Source: Verrucomicrobiales bacterium
GTDB lineage: Bacteria; Verrucomicrobiota; Verrucomicrobiia; Verrucomicrobiales; V1-33
Direction of reading: 5' to 3'
DNA: 34,497 nt
NCBI GenBank assembly: GCA_031411295.1
Contig: JANOAV010000012.1
Location: 1-34,497 of the forward strand
Made by a program: the position numbers and the translations under genes
The notes under the pieces: generated by a model
What the model saw: only the letters and a program-made list of their open reading frames with translations
The model's database searches: none
What the model was told of the DNA's origin: nothing
Shown here: positions 9,101 to 18,200 of the stretch, piece after piece
Numbering within the stretch: position 1 is the first letter of the stretch
How the letters are laid out: each line of letters opens with the position of its first letter

Positions 9101-12100
9101 CATCAGCGCGATCCTCGTCAACGACGTGGCGCATGGCACTCTGACCCTGAATTCCGATGGCAGCTTCGTTTACACTCCGGCGGCCAACTATAACGGCACG
9201 GACACCTTTACCTACAAAGCCAAGGACACCTCCAATAATTTTTCCACCACCAACGCCACGGTCACGATTACCATTGCTCCCGTCAATGATGCTCCCGTGG
9301 CGGTCAATGACAGCTATGCCGGGAATCCCGGTCAAACCCTGACGGTGGCTGCTGCCGGCGTTTTAGCGAACGATACGGACATCGATACGCTGGCCGCAGG
9401 CCTGACGGCTCAAGTCGTCACGAATCCCGCCACCGGCAGCCTGACGTTGAATGCCACTGGCGGCTTCAGTTTCACCCCTGTGGGCACCGGGACGTTTACC
9501 TTCACCTATCGCACCTATGATGGGCAATTCTACTCTGCGCCCGCCACGGTTACCATCGTGGTCAATGGCATCCCCGTTGCCGGGGCGGACACCTATAACA
9601 ACGCCGTCGAAGACACGCCCTACAACGTGGCGGCCCCGGGCTTGCTCGTGAATGATTCTGATCCGGAAAATTCCCCCCTAACGGCCACCAAAGTTACCAA
9701 CCCGACCCATGGTAGTGTCACGGTGAATGCCAACGGTTCTTTCCAATATCTGCCCAACGCTAACTACTTCGGAGTCGATAGCTTTACTTATAAGGTCAAT
9801 GACGGCAGCCGAGACTCTGCGCCGGCTCAGGTGACGATCACGATTGGGAACGTCAACGATGCTCCGGTCGGCAGTCCAGATTTGTATGCCACCGGTCCGA
9901 ATCAAACGTTGACCGTGGCCGCAGCACAGGGCGTCATCGCCAATGACAGTGATCCAGATGGCACCATCCCCACAGCTACCGTTGCCACCAACACGGCTCA
10001 CGGCACCTTGACCTTGAATGCGAACGGCTCCTTCACTTACATCCCCACCACGGGCTATCTGGGGACGGATTCATTCACCTACACCCTAACCGATGGCGTC
10101 CTGACTTCGGCGGCCATTACGGTTACCATCACCGTCAGCGAGAGTGGCGATAACATTGTGATCAACGAAATCATGTATCGTCCGGGCACCACGTTCCCGG
10201 AGAACCCACTCCAGGAATACATCGAGCTGCACAACCGCGGCACCTCGACCGTGGACCTTAGCAATTGGAAAATCACCTCTGGGGTGGACTTCACCTTTCC
10301 TCCCAGCACCACGATGGCCCCGGGCTCCTACTTGGTGGTGGCCTCGAATCTAGCGGCCTTCCAAGCAGCACATCCGGGCGCCACTAACGTGCTAGCTGGC
10401 TGGATTGGCAGCTTGTCCAATGGCGGAGAGAAAATCGGCCTAACTAACGCCTTGGCCATCGAGCAAGACACCGTCACCTATGCCTCCGAGGGCGACTGGG
10501 CGCAGCGCATTCGCGAAACGACCTTCAACGGCTGGGACTGGAGTCCGCTAACGACCACGGGCGGACGGTCGATTGAGTTGCGCAATCCCAAAGTCAGCAA
10601 TGATAACGGTCAAAACTGGCAACCGTCCGCAGTCGTGGGTGGCACGCCAGGAGCAGCCAACGGAGCCCTCACCGCCAACATCCCACCGATCATTAAAGCG
10701 GTAAAGCATTTCCCAGCGGTTCCCACCAACAACGATACCGTGCTCATCAGTTGCGAACTCAATGATGAATCGCCTTACACCACCCTAACCGCCACCTTGT
10801 TCTGGCGCAATGCCACTACCACGACGCCTCCCGCCTTCTCCAGCATCCCCATGTCGTCGGATGGCAAGGGCGGATGGTTTGTTCCGGTGCCAGCACAGGC
10901 TAATCAAACGATCATCGAGTTCTACATTTCCGCCACCGATGGCGTGGCCACGCGCACTTGGCCTGCACCCACGGCTGAAGGCCAGAATGCGAACTGTCAG
11001 TATCAAGTGGACAACGAACCCAGCTCCACCACGGCGGATATGTATCGCATGATCCTAACCGCCTCCGAAAATGCCGCCTTCAACGGGGTTGCCACCAGCA
11101 GCGATCGTCAATTCAATCAAACCTTGATCTTCACCCGGGGTGCGGAAACCAGCATCCGCTACCGCTGCGGCATGCGCATCCGGGGGAATTCCAGCCGTTC
11201 CTACCAATTCAAACCGCTCCGCATTTCCCTTCCGAACGATGATACGCTGGATGGTTACTCGGGATTCAATTTCAACCCCAAGGCATCGTTTCTGCAGTTT
11301 GTCGGCATGAGACTGTTTCAAGCGGCCGGTTTGCGCGCCTCTGATGCCATTCCCATTGAATTACGTCGCAATGGCGTGGAATCCACCACCTCGACTGGCA
11401 GCACCCCGGACTATGGGTTGTGGGTTCGGATGGAAGACATCGGTGGGGATTTGGTGAACAATCGCTGGCCACTCGCGAAGGGCGGCGGAGCCTACAAGAA
11501 GGGTCGCAGCGATTACTACTGGCGAGCCACGCAAGCGGCACCCGCCAATCCAGATTTGTTGCTGGATGGATGGACCAAGCAAAACAACAGTGCGGCCAAT
11601 GATTGGTCTGATGTGCGGACGTTCTTCAGCACCTACATGGCCGCTTGCGCGGCTCACTTCCCCACGGCCGCCAACCCCTTGGATGTTGCTGCCAGCGGTG
11701 GCGCTAGCACCACTGGCATCGGCACTTGGGCTGGCACTGCCTTCACCAACGCAGAAATTACCTCCATTGAGACCGTGGCGGATCTTGACCAATGGGCTCG
11801 CTGGATGGCCGTCATGACCATTCTGCAGGACAACGAAACGAACGCCTCCAACGGTCAGGACGATGACTATTCCGCTTATTTCGTTCCCGTGGATATCGGG
11901 GGTGGCGTGATTCAGAAGAAAATGAATTTCATTCCCCATGATTTGGATACCATCTTCGGCCTGGGAGACAGTCCCCTGGCTTACAATGATCACGGCCTCT
12001 ACGACATGACTGACGACACCTACGTCTTCCGTCCCCTGCTGCCGTTGTTCGGCAATAACACTACCGGCGGAAACGTCGCTTTCCGTGCCAAGTATCATGA

Positions 12101-14354
12101 CGCGCTGAAGCAATTGCTGGGTTCGGTGTTTGATGCCGACGATACCACCAACCCCAATCCACCTTTCAACGCCTTCGTGGACAATGAACTGGGCACTTGG
12201 CTCACGCCTGCGGTGCGCACCACCATCAAGACGTTCGTCAAAAACCGCCGCACCTACCTGCTGGGGCTGCTCGGATCCGGAGCCACGGCTCCTGCGGCGG
12301 GCACGTCCATTGCCACCGTCACTTCCGTTCGTGGCACCCTCTCGATCAACGAAGTGCTGGCCAACAATGTTTCCGCCCATCTGAATGGGACCACCTATCC
12401 GGACGTCATCGAACTCCGTAACAACGGCACTACCACGCTGAACCTGGGTGGCATGACCCTCACCGATGATCCGCTGCTCAAAACGAAATACACCATTCCC
12501 GTCAACACCCAGATCCCAGCGGGTGGATTCCTCGTGCTTTATGCCGATGCCGTTCTCACGGCCCCCGGCCTTCATACGAGTTTCGGCTTGGATGCGGATG
12601 GCGATTCTGTTTACCTCTACGATACGCTGGCCAATGGCCAAACGTTGTTGGATTCCATCACCTTCGGATTGCAGGCCCCGAACCTCAGCATTGGGCGCAC
12701 CGGAGCAGGTCTCGACGTCTGGGCACTCTGCACCCCGACCATCGGAGCGACCAACACCATCGTCCCCACGCTGGCCAATCCGAACTCCCTGCGGATCAAC
12801 GAATGGCTGGGAAATGCTGACTTCCTGGTGAGTAAAGATTTCGTCGAACTCTACAATCCTGGAGCTACTCCCGTGGCCCTGGGTGGCATGGCCATCTCTG
12901 ACGATGCCATTAACTATCCAACCCAAGGAACGCTGCCAGCACTCAGTTTCATGGCTGCAGGCGGCTTTGTGGCCTTCGATGCCATGGGTGCTGCCGCCAC
13001 TCCGGGCAATGCCAGAGAGTTGCCCGGCAGCATCAATTCCACCGCTGGTTCCATTACCCTGCTGGGAGCAAATGGCGTGCAAGTGGATCGCGTGGATACC
13101 ATTTCCCACTTCCGGGACGGCTCCATCGGACGCCTGCCAGACGGCAGTGCGCTCCAGTCCCGCCTGGCCGTGCCCTCCCCTGGTGCCACCAATGCCACCC
13201 TTACTGCCAACGAGCTAAATTTAATCAACTACCTACGCATCACCGAACTGATGTATAACCCGCAAGGTTCCACCAGATCCGAATACATCGAGTTCCGCAA
13301 TATGAGCGACAAAGCCGATGTCCCCGTAAGTCTGGACTTGGGTGGCGTGACGTTCACCGATGGCATCGCTTACACCTTCCCCGTCATGAGTTTGGCCCCG
13401 GGAGCACATTTCCTGCTGGTGGGTGAATCGGCCAAATTCCTCGCGCAATTCCCCACCGCCACCGTCGGTGGAGTCTTCACCAGCGGTAAACTCGACAACG
13501 GCAGCGAACGCGTTCGCTTCACCATCCCTTCCGGCACGGTGGCCATCCTGGACTTCAAATATGAGGATAACTGGTATCCCACCACCGATGGCGCAGGAGA
13601 ATCTTTACAGATTGTCGATGGCTCTGGAGCCGTCGCCTTGTGGGATAAGAAAATCGGCTGGCTAGCCGCGCCCCCCAGCCCCGGCACTGCCCCCAGCTTT
13701 GGCGTAGGTGCCGGAGCGGATCTCACCATCCCCATGGGCACGCCGCTTTATTTGGACGGCAGTATCCGTTATGGAGCCGCCTTGCCGCAGGATATCACGG
13801 TCGGCTGGACCAAAGAATCCGGCCCGGGCACCGTGACGTTTACGACCGCCAATTATCAGGACGCCAATGCCACCTTCTCCGCCGCAGGAACCTACGTGCT
13901 CAAATTTACCGGCACCGCCACCACGCCCGCCGCCAGCGCTTTCGACACCACCACGATCACCGTAACGGAAACCTACGAAACCTGGGCGACCCGCAATCTG
14001 ACCGGCGGCAATGCCTCCAGCGCCCTGCGCAACAACGATCCTGACCAAGACGGCTACACCAACCTCATGGAATACGCCATGGGCCTCAACCCCGCCGTCC
14101 CCGACGTCCCCGTAATCTATGAATACGCCAACGGCATCCTGACCATGCGCTACACCCGCTCCAAACTGGCCGATCCTGCCATTGTCATTCTCCCGCAGTT
14201 CAGCACGGACCTCAGCGTCTGGGCAGACGAAACCACCGGCCCCGAAGTCACCAAAACCATCGAATCGCAAACCAGCACCCTCGAGACGTGGCGCGCCGTC
14301 ACCAGCATCCTAACCGACCGCCTCTTCGGCCGGGTTACCGTGATCGAGCCGTAG
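6168..14354 (+). CDS. Giant secreted/surface protein (~2,730 aa): 7 cadherin-like (Big_9/tandem-95) repeats, jelly-roll domains, 4 lamin-tail domains, CotH-type kinase, PKD-like domain, C-terminal tail
   Basis: Signal peptide MILRISSALALLACSS...LLA. Repeated P.A..D.Y...ED...G.L.ND.D...G.L.LN.DGSF.YTP...G.DSFTY motifs. Lamin-tail starts IVINEIMY, LSINEVLA, LRINEWLG, LRITELMY, each followed by (E/D).(I/V)E(L/F).N. CotH motifs RIRGNSSRSYQFKP and FIPHDLD. An alternative start exists at 6099. Confidence 0.88.
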   Translation: MILRISSALALLACSSVSISSLLAVPVAVNDSFTTAEDTAYAGASTLVFQGDFEPLTATNVAAGPWRFLDKIQNELGTPASQSYPLDGAGRNWKALNFDEATSAIGPWGTNALPINYGALDGVPATATTNVLSPNVINLTTGNPVTTVLLRKVFTAAAADAARTDWSLNYLVDDGMIVYLNGTEIARVNMPVDPITTNSISTANGNETTYTNLPVTLPTSLMVTGQNVLAVEMHQTSLTSGDIGLDMTFTPTGGSVDDGFVGVEKAFGTNGLARGGGGGSGNGGDVEVTAFSTTAGFNGGGGVTVDVGYQPAVTPPLSPTTRSASAAWDKAFTLAAASTLRLSFRHRIVLNGNMSATEWGETTMQIDGIKYGTPAPTGPNTYPAGWKYVSRTIGAGSANGGIVDSGWQTYTIDIPLAVGAHTLRLGAFSNITNANAKHVQGFFDDIVGSIVGAGGSLLSNDTGGATQAVLVAGPSNGVLNLNTDGTFNYTPATNFNGTDSFTYKASDGTTQSANTATVSITVTPVNDPPVAVANPSYSTLEDTPLTINAASGVLANDTDVDGDTLTAVMVTTVSAASGSLTLNSNGSFTYTPAANFSGTASFTYHARDAALDSNVVTATITVTPVNDPPVAVADTYNVPKNGALTITDLNGTSITENLILGTERDGAGQAIVVKGSIWKYFATAAAPVDTVAVPWTSLAFDDSLWSEGESELGYGDGPTRPEATLIPDDAVPGYGTSTNRYTTSYFRKTVNILNLADITGIKLEVLRDDGAVFYINGTPAYRNNITPNPIYSTFATNTAASNENIFFDAAVLGTTGETNNWINVAPTKALLVEGGNIFAAEVHQSDLISSDVSFDCKFSVTRFTNAGLLKNDTDPEGSALTAILVAGPSHGSLTLNSDGSFTYTPTVGYAGPDSFTYRANDGGVNSNIATVTLNVVNAGNVKPIAVNDAYNTAVEDTTLTIPAATGVVVNDTDADGDAISAILVNDVAHGTLTLNSDGSFVYTPAANYNGTDTFTYKAKDTSNNFSTTNATVTITIAPVNDAPVAVNDSYAGNPGQTLTVAAAGVLANDTDIDTLAAGLTAQVVTNPATGSLTLNATGGFSFTPVGTGTFTFTYRTYDGQFYSAPATVTIVVNGIPVAGADTYNNAVEDTPYNVAAPGLLVNDSDPENSPLTATKVTNPTHGSVTVNANGSFQYLPNANYFGVDSFTYKVNDGSRDSAPAQVTITIGNVNDAPVGSPDLYATGPNQTLTVAAAQGVIANDSDPDGTIPTATVATNTAHGTLTLNANGSFTYIPTTGYLGTDSFTYTLTDGVLTSAAITVTITVSESGDNIVINEIMYRPGTTFPENPLQEYIELHNRGTSTVDLSNWKITSGVDFTFPPSTTMAPGSYLVVASNLAAFQAAHPGATNVLAGWIGSLSNGGEKIGLTNALAIEQDTVTYASEGDWAQRIRETTFNGWDWSPLTTTGGRSIELRNPKVSNDNGQNWQPSAVVGGTPGAANGALTANIPPIIKAVKHFPAVPTNNDTVLISCELNDESPYTTLTATLFWRNATTTTPPAFSSIPMSSDGKGGWFVPVPAQANQTIIEFYISATDGVATRTWPAPTAEGQNANCQYQVDNEPSSTTADMYRMILTASENAAFNGVATSSDRQFNQTLIFTRGAETSIRYRCGMRIRGNSSRSYQFKPLRISLPNDDTLDGYSGFNFNPKASFLQFVGMRLFQAAGLRASDAIPIELRRNGVESTTSTGSTPDYGLWVRMEDIGGDLVNNRWPLAKGGGAYKKGRSDYYWRATQAAPANPDLLLDGWTKQNNSAANDWSDVRTFFSTYMAACAAHFPTAANPLDVAASGGASTTGIGTWAGTAFTNAEITSIETVADLDQWARWMAVMTILQDNETNASNGQDDDYSAYFVPVDIGGGVIQKKMNFIPHDLDTIFGLGDSPLAYNDHGLYDMTDDTYVFRPLLPLFGNNTTGGNVAFRAKYHDALKQLLGSVFDADDTTNPNPPFNAFVDNELGTWLTPAVRTTIKTFVKNRRTYLLGLLGSGATAPAAGTSIATVTSVRGTLSINEVLANNVSAHLNGTTYPDVIELRNNGTTTLNLGGMTLTDDPLLKTKYTIPVNTQIPAGGFLVLYADAVLTAPGLHTSFGLDADGDSVYLYDTLANGQTLLDSITFGLQAPNLSIGRTGAGLDVWALCTPTIGATNTIVPTLANPNSLRINEWLGNADFLVSKDFVELYNPGATPVALGGMAISDDAINYPTQGTLPALSFMAAGGFVAFDAMGAAATPGNARELPGSINSTAGSITLLGANGVQVDRVDTISHFRDGSIGRLPDGSALQSRLAVPSPGATNATLTANELNLINYLRITELMYNPQGSTRSEYIEFRNMSDKADVPVSLDLGGVTFTDGIAYTFPVMSLAPGAHFLLVGESAKFLAQFPTATVGGVFTSGKLDNGSERVRFTIPSGTVAILDFKYEDNWYPTTDGAGESLQIVDGSGAVALWDKKIGWLAAPPSPGTAPSFGVGAGADLTIPMGTPLYLDGSIRYGAALPQDITVGWTKESGPGTVTFTTANYQDANATFSAAGTYVLKFTGTATTPAASAFDTTTITVTETYETWATRNLTGGNASSALRNNDPDQDGYTNLMEYAMGLNPAVPDVPVIYEYANGILTMRYTRSKLADPAIVILPQFSTDLSVWADETTGPEVTKTIESQTSTLETWRAVTSILTDRLFGRVTVIEP

Positions 14355-14484
14355 GGGATGCTTTACCGTTGCAAGGAGCGCTCTCGGTGGCAGACGCGCC
14401 CTCCCGTCTGAGAATTGGGTCCGCAGCCCGGAGACGCGGGCTCCCTCGGCCACTTTCCGAAGCCAGAACTTTTTTAGAATTCCT

Positions 14485-14515
14485 GCTTGTGAAATTTTTC
14501 ACAAGCGCCTATTAA
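14485..14515 (+). promoter_or_regulatory. Rex-type operator overlapping a putative sigma70 promoter of actAB
   Basis: TTGTGAA-ATTT-TTCACAA (14487-14504) is an exact match to the Rex consensus TTGTGAA-N4-TTCACAA, with the palindrome extended by GC on both sides. TTGTGA-N17-TATTAA (14510-14515) forms a plausible -35/-10 pair. Confidence 0.75.
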
Positions 14516-14528
14516 ACCACTTAACGTT

Positions 14529-15185
14529 ATGGCTAATCTCTTTCCTCGCTGGACTAATTCCCTTCCGCTGAAGCTCCTTGTCGTCTTCCTCACTATTGGA
14601 GGAGGCGTTTCTATGGGGGTGACGTATTATTTCACCCAGAAATATACTCGGGTGGGTTACCAGCCGAATCAACCCGTGCCTTTCTCACATAAAATTCACG
14701 CGGGCCAGCTCGGGATGGATTGCCGTTACTGCCACAGCTTCGTGGAGCAGAGCGGACATGCCAATGTGCCGACGAGTTCCACGTGCTGGAATTGTCACCA
14801 GCATATCAAGACGAACTCTCCGAATCTGGCTCCCATCAAGGAAAGCGTGGAGACTGGTAAGCCGATGGAATGGGTCAAAATTCACAAGACTCCAGACTAC
14901 GCTTACTTCAACCACAGCGTCCACGTTAGCAGCGGTGTCTCCTGTGTGAGTTGCCATGGCGACGTGGCGGAAATGCCCGTTGTTTTCCAGGATCAAAATC
15001 AAAGCATGGGCTGGTGTTTGGAATGTCACCGCAATCCAGAAACCGCCCTCCGGCCGATGACGGAAATCACCAATTTGAAATACAAGGCCGAAGATCACGG
15101 CAAGGTGCAAAACGTGGTGGGTGAGCAGATCAAAAAGAACTGGAAGATTAATCCGCCGGAAAACTGTTCCTCCTGCCACCGCTAA
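14529..15185 (+). CDS. actA: Alternative complex III pentaheme cytochrome c subunit ActA
   Basis: One N-terminal TM helix, GYQPNQPVPFSHKIHAG, five CxxCH motifs (CRYCH, CWNCH, CVSCH, CLECH, CSSCH) and PDYAYFNHSVH. Directly upstream of actB. Confidence 0.92.
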   Translation: MANLFPRWTNSLPLKLLVVFLTIGGGVSMGVTYYFTQKYTRVGYQPNQPVPFSHKIHAGQLGMDCRYCHSFVEQSGHANVPTSSTCWNCHQHIKTNSPNLAPIKESVETGKPMEWVKIHKTPDYAYFNHSVHVSSGVSCVSCHGDVAEMPVVFQDQNQSMGWCLECHRNPETALRPMTEITNLKYKAEDHGKVQNVVGEQIKKNWKINPPENCSSCHR

Positions 15186-15242
15186 TCCCGCGTCGATCCC
15201 AAGCATTTTTCCGCTACTCCCTTTTCCCATTTTACCGAATCA

Positions 15243-18200
15243 ATGAAACGCGTTGTTATCCATCCCGAGGAATCCCAGACTGGCAAACGCTACTGGCGCA
15301 GCCTCTCCGAATTCGAGCGCAACCCCGCCTTCCAAACCAAGCTGGAGCGTGAGTTCCAGGAGGGTCAGGCCGAGATGAAATCGGACGACGAGCGCGAAGC
15401 TTCGCGTCGTGATTTCCTCAAGCTCATGGGTGCCTCCACCGCCTTGGCTGGTCTGGCCGCGTGCCGTCGCCCGGAAACCTACATCAAGCCTTACGCCAAG
15501 TCTCCCGAGTGGGTCATCCCCGGGAAGGCCTTGTTCTACGCCACCTCCATGCCCCGTCAGGGCGGAGCCACTCCGTTGGTCGTCACCTCGTTTGAAGGTC
15601 GCCCCACCCATCTGGCAGGAAATTCGCTGCACCCGGAATCCAATGGCAGCGTGGACATTTACGCTCAAGCCAGTGTGCTTGATTTGTATGATCCGGACCG
15701 CGCCAAGACCTTCACCAGCGGTGGGAAGAAAGCCTCCAAGGAAGATTTCATCAAAGCGCTGGGCGAGAAAAAGAAGGCGCTGGCAGCCGCTGGTGGTAAA
15801 GGCTTGGCGATTCTGCTGGACGAAAACAATTCCCCGACTCGGGCACGCTTGGTCGGTGAGTTAAAAAAGAAATTTGCTGCGGCCAAAATTTATAAATATG
15901 AAGCACTGGCTCCCGTGGGTGCCACTGCTGCCATGAAGCAAGCCTTTGGCGATGGTGTGATTCCAGTTTACCACTTGGAAAAGGCCGACCGCATTCTGAG
16001 CCTCGACTGTGATTTCATGGGCTTGGATCGCATCGGCAACAACTCCACCAGCGACTTCATGAAGGGCCGCAAAGCAGAGCTGGAAAGTGACCCGATGAAT
16101 CGCCTCTACGTGGCCGAAGCTCGCTACAGCATGACTGGTGGTCTGGCGGATCACCGTTTGCGCGTGGCTTCCAGCCAAATATTTAAAGTGGCCTCCGAAC
16201 TGGCGACTGCGCTGGGCGTGACCGGTGGCAAAGGTGGCGAGATGGGACATCCCGATGCCAAGGCATGGATCGAAGAAGCCGCCAAGGACCTCAAGGAAGC
16301 CAAAGGTAAAGCGGTCGTGTTAGCCGGAAATTCGCAACCTGCGGAAGTTCATCTATTGGTGGCAGCCATCAATAATGCGCTGGGCGCATTCGGAACGATT
16401 ATCGAGCTAAAGCAAGGTGAAAAAAGCGACGCCGGCACCCTGGCAGATCTGTCCAAGGATTTGGAGTCCGGCATCACACACGTGCTCGCCATCACGGAGG
16501 CCGATCCTGCATTTGATGCCCCGGCTGATTTGAAATTTGCCGACAAACTGAAGAAGGCCAAAACCGTTCTCGTTTCCACCCGCCATCGCACGGCCACGGC
16601 CCGCTTGGCGGAATGGGTGGTGCCTGCCACGCATTACCTCGAACAATGGGGCGACGTGCGCAGCACGGACGGAACCTACTCCATCGTGCAGCCGATGATT
16701 CTGCCGCTCTTCGGTGGGTTGTCGGATATTGACGTGCTGAATTTACTCTTGGATGACAGCAAAGACGGTGATGTGGCCAAGGCCCTCCTCACACCAGTTT
16801 CCATGGCCCCCGCTCCCCTCGGAGTAGTAGAAGACCCGGGAGCAGCCATGAAGGCCGTGCGCGCTACCTTCGATCTGGTGGCCGCTGCCGCTCCCAACAA
16901 AGATGATGCTTGGAACTTCACCCTGCGCGATGGTTTCCTGGGCAAGAGTGCCTACCCCGCCGCAACAGCCGCTTTCAATGCCGCCGCCCTCGCTGCTCTC
17001 GCCAGCTACAAGGATCTGGCGGCCCCTAGTGCCGCTGCTCCCGAAGTTATTTTCACCCCGTGCGCCAAAGTCTATGATGGCCGCTACATCAACAACGGCT
17101 GGCTCCAGGAAGCTCCGGATCCCGTTTCCAAAGTCACGTGGGACAACTGCGCCATGGTTAGCGTCAAGACCGCCAAGGCCTTGGGCGTAAAGCGTGCGTT
17201 CCTCAGCATTGATGTTGAAGCGGCGGTCATTTCTGTGGTCGTTAACGGCGTGACCAAGGAACTGCCGGTGGTGGTCGTTCCCGGCACCGCAGAGAACTGC
17301 GTGGTGGTCAACGTTGGTTACGGCCAAGGCACGGGTGATTCCGGTCCTGGTTTGGTTGGCAACGGCACCGGCACCAACGTGTGGGATCTCCGCACGACCG
17401 CCAGTCCGACCTTCGCGACGGCTAAAGTTTCCCTCACCGAAAAAACCAGTCCGCTGGCTTTGACGCAGGAACACAGCTCCATGTATGGCCGTGATCTGGT
17501 GCGCGAAGGCACGCAGGAAGACTGGAAGCACAATGCCGATTTCGTGCTCGAAATGGGCTCCGACTCCCACGTCCAAGGCACTCGCGCCGAGAAAAAAGCC
17601 CAGCAGGACTACACATTCTATAAGCCCGTGGGTGACAAGGACAAGGACGGCAATCGCATTCCTCACCTCAACGACGAACTCCACCAGTGGGGCATGGTCA
17701 TCGACTTGAACCGTTGTATCGGATGCAGCACCTGTTTGGTGGCTTGTCAGTCGGAGAATAACATCCCGATCGTCGGTAAAGAACAAGTGATCCGCGGTCG
17801 CGAAATGCACTGGATTCGGATGGACCGCTACTTCGCCACGGATTTGGACGAAGAAGTCAATCCTGAAGGCAGCTTCTTCCTCACCGGCAACAAAGATGTC
17901 TGGGAAGAAGATTTCATGGACGAGCCAGAAATGGTGGTGCAACCAGTGGGCTGTCAGCAGTGCGAAAGCGCTCCTTGTGAAACCGTGTGTCCCGTCAATG
18001 CTACCGTCCACAGTCCAGATGGTCTGAACCTCATGGTTTACAACCGCTGTATCGGCACCCGTTATTGCGCGAACAACTGTCCGTTCAAGGCCCGTCGCTT
18101 CAATTTCTTCGACTACAACAAGCGCAATCCTCTGGTCAAGAGTGACAAGCTCGGCTTCGAACACGGCAATCTCTATGATGGTCCGCTGGGCCAACGATGG

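Noticed and set aside
7530..10140. Recurrent similar DNA segments suggesting a repeat array
   Set aside because: They are degenerate coding repeats of cadherin-like domains, not CRISPR or DGR repeats. There are no identical repeats with spacers and no cas or reverse transcriptase gene.
11361..13109. 582-aa minus-strand ORF
   Set aside because: Antisense shadow of the CotH/LTD region with no protein-family signal.
14387..14453. GTGG-CAGACG/CGTCTG and AGCCCG/CGGGCT short hairpins, possibly a decayed REP doublet
   Set aside because: The stems are only 6 bp and the two arms are not mutually complementary, so this cannot be supported without genome-wide counts.
15243..17600. ActB as a catalytic molybdoenzyme
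   Set aside because: The pentaheme partner and YWRSL/Tat leader identify it as ACIII ActB, whose molybdopterin-like domain lacks the cofactor in solved structures.
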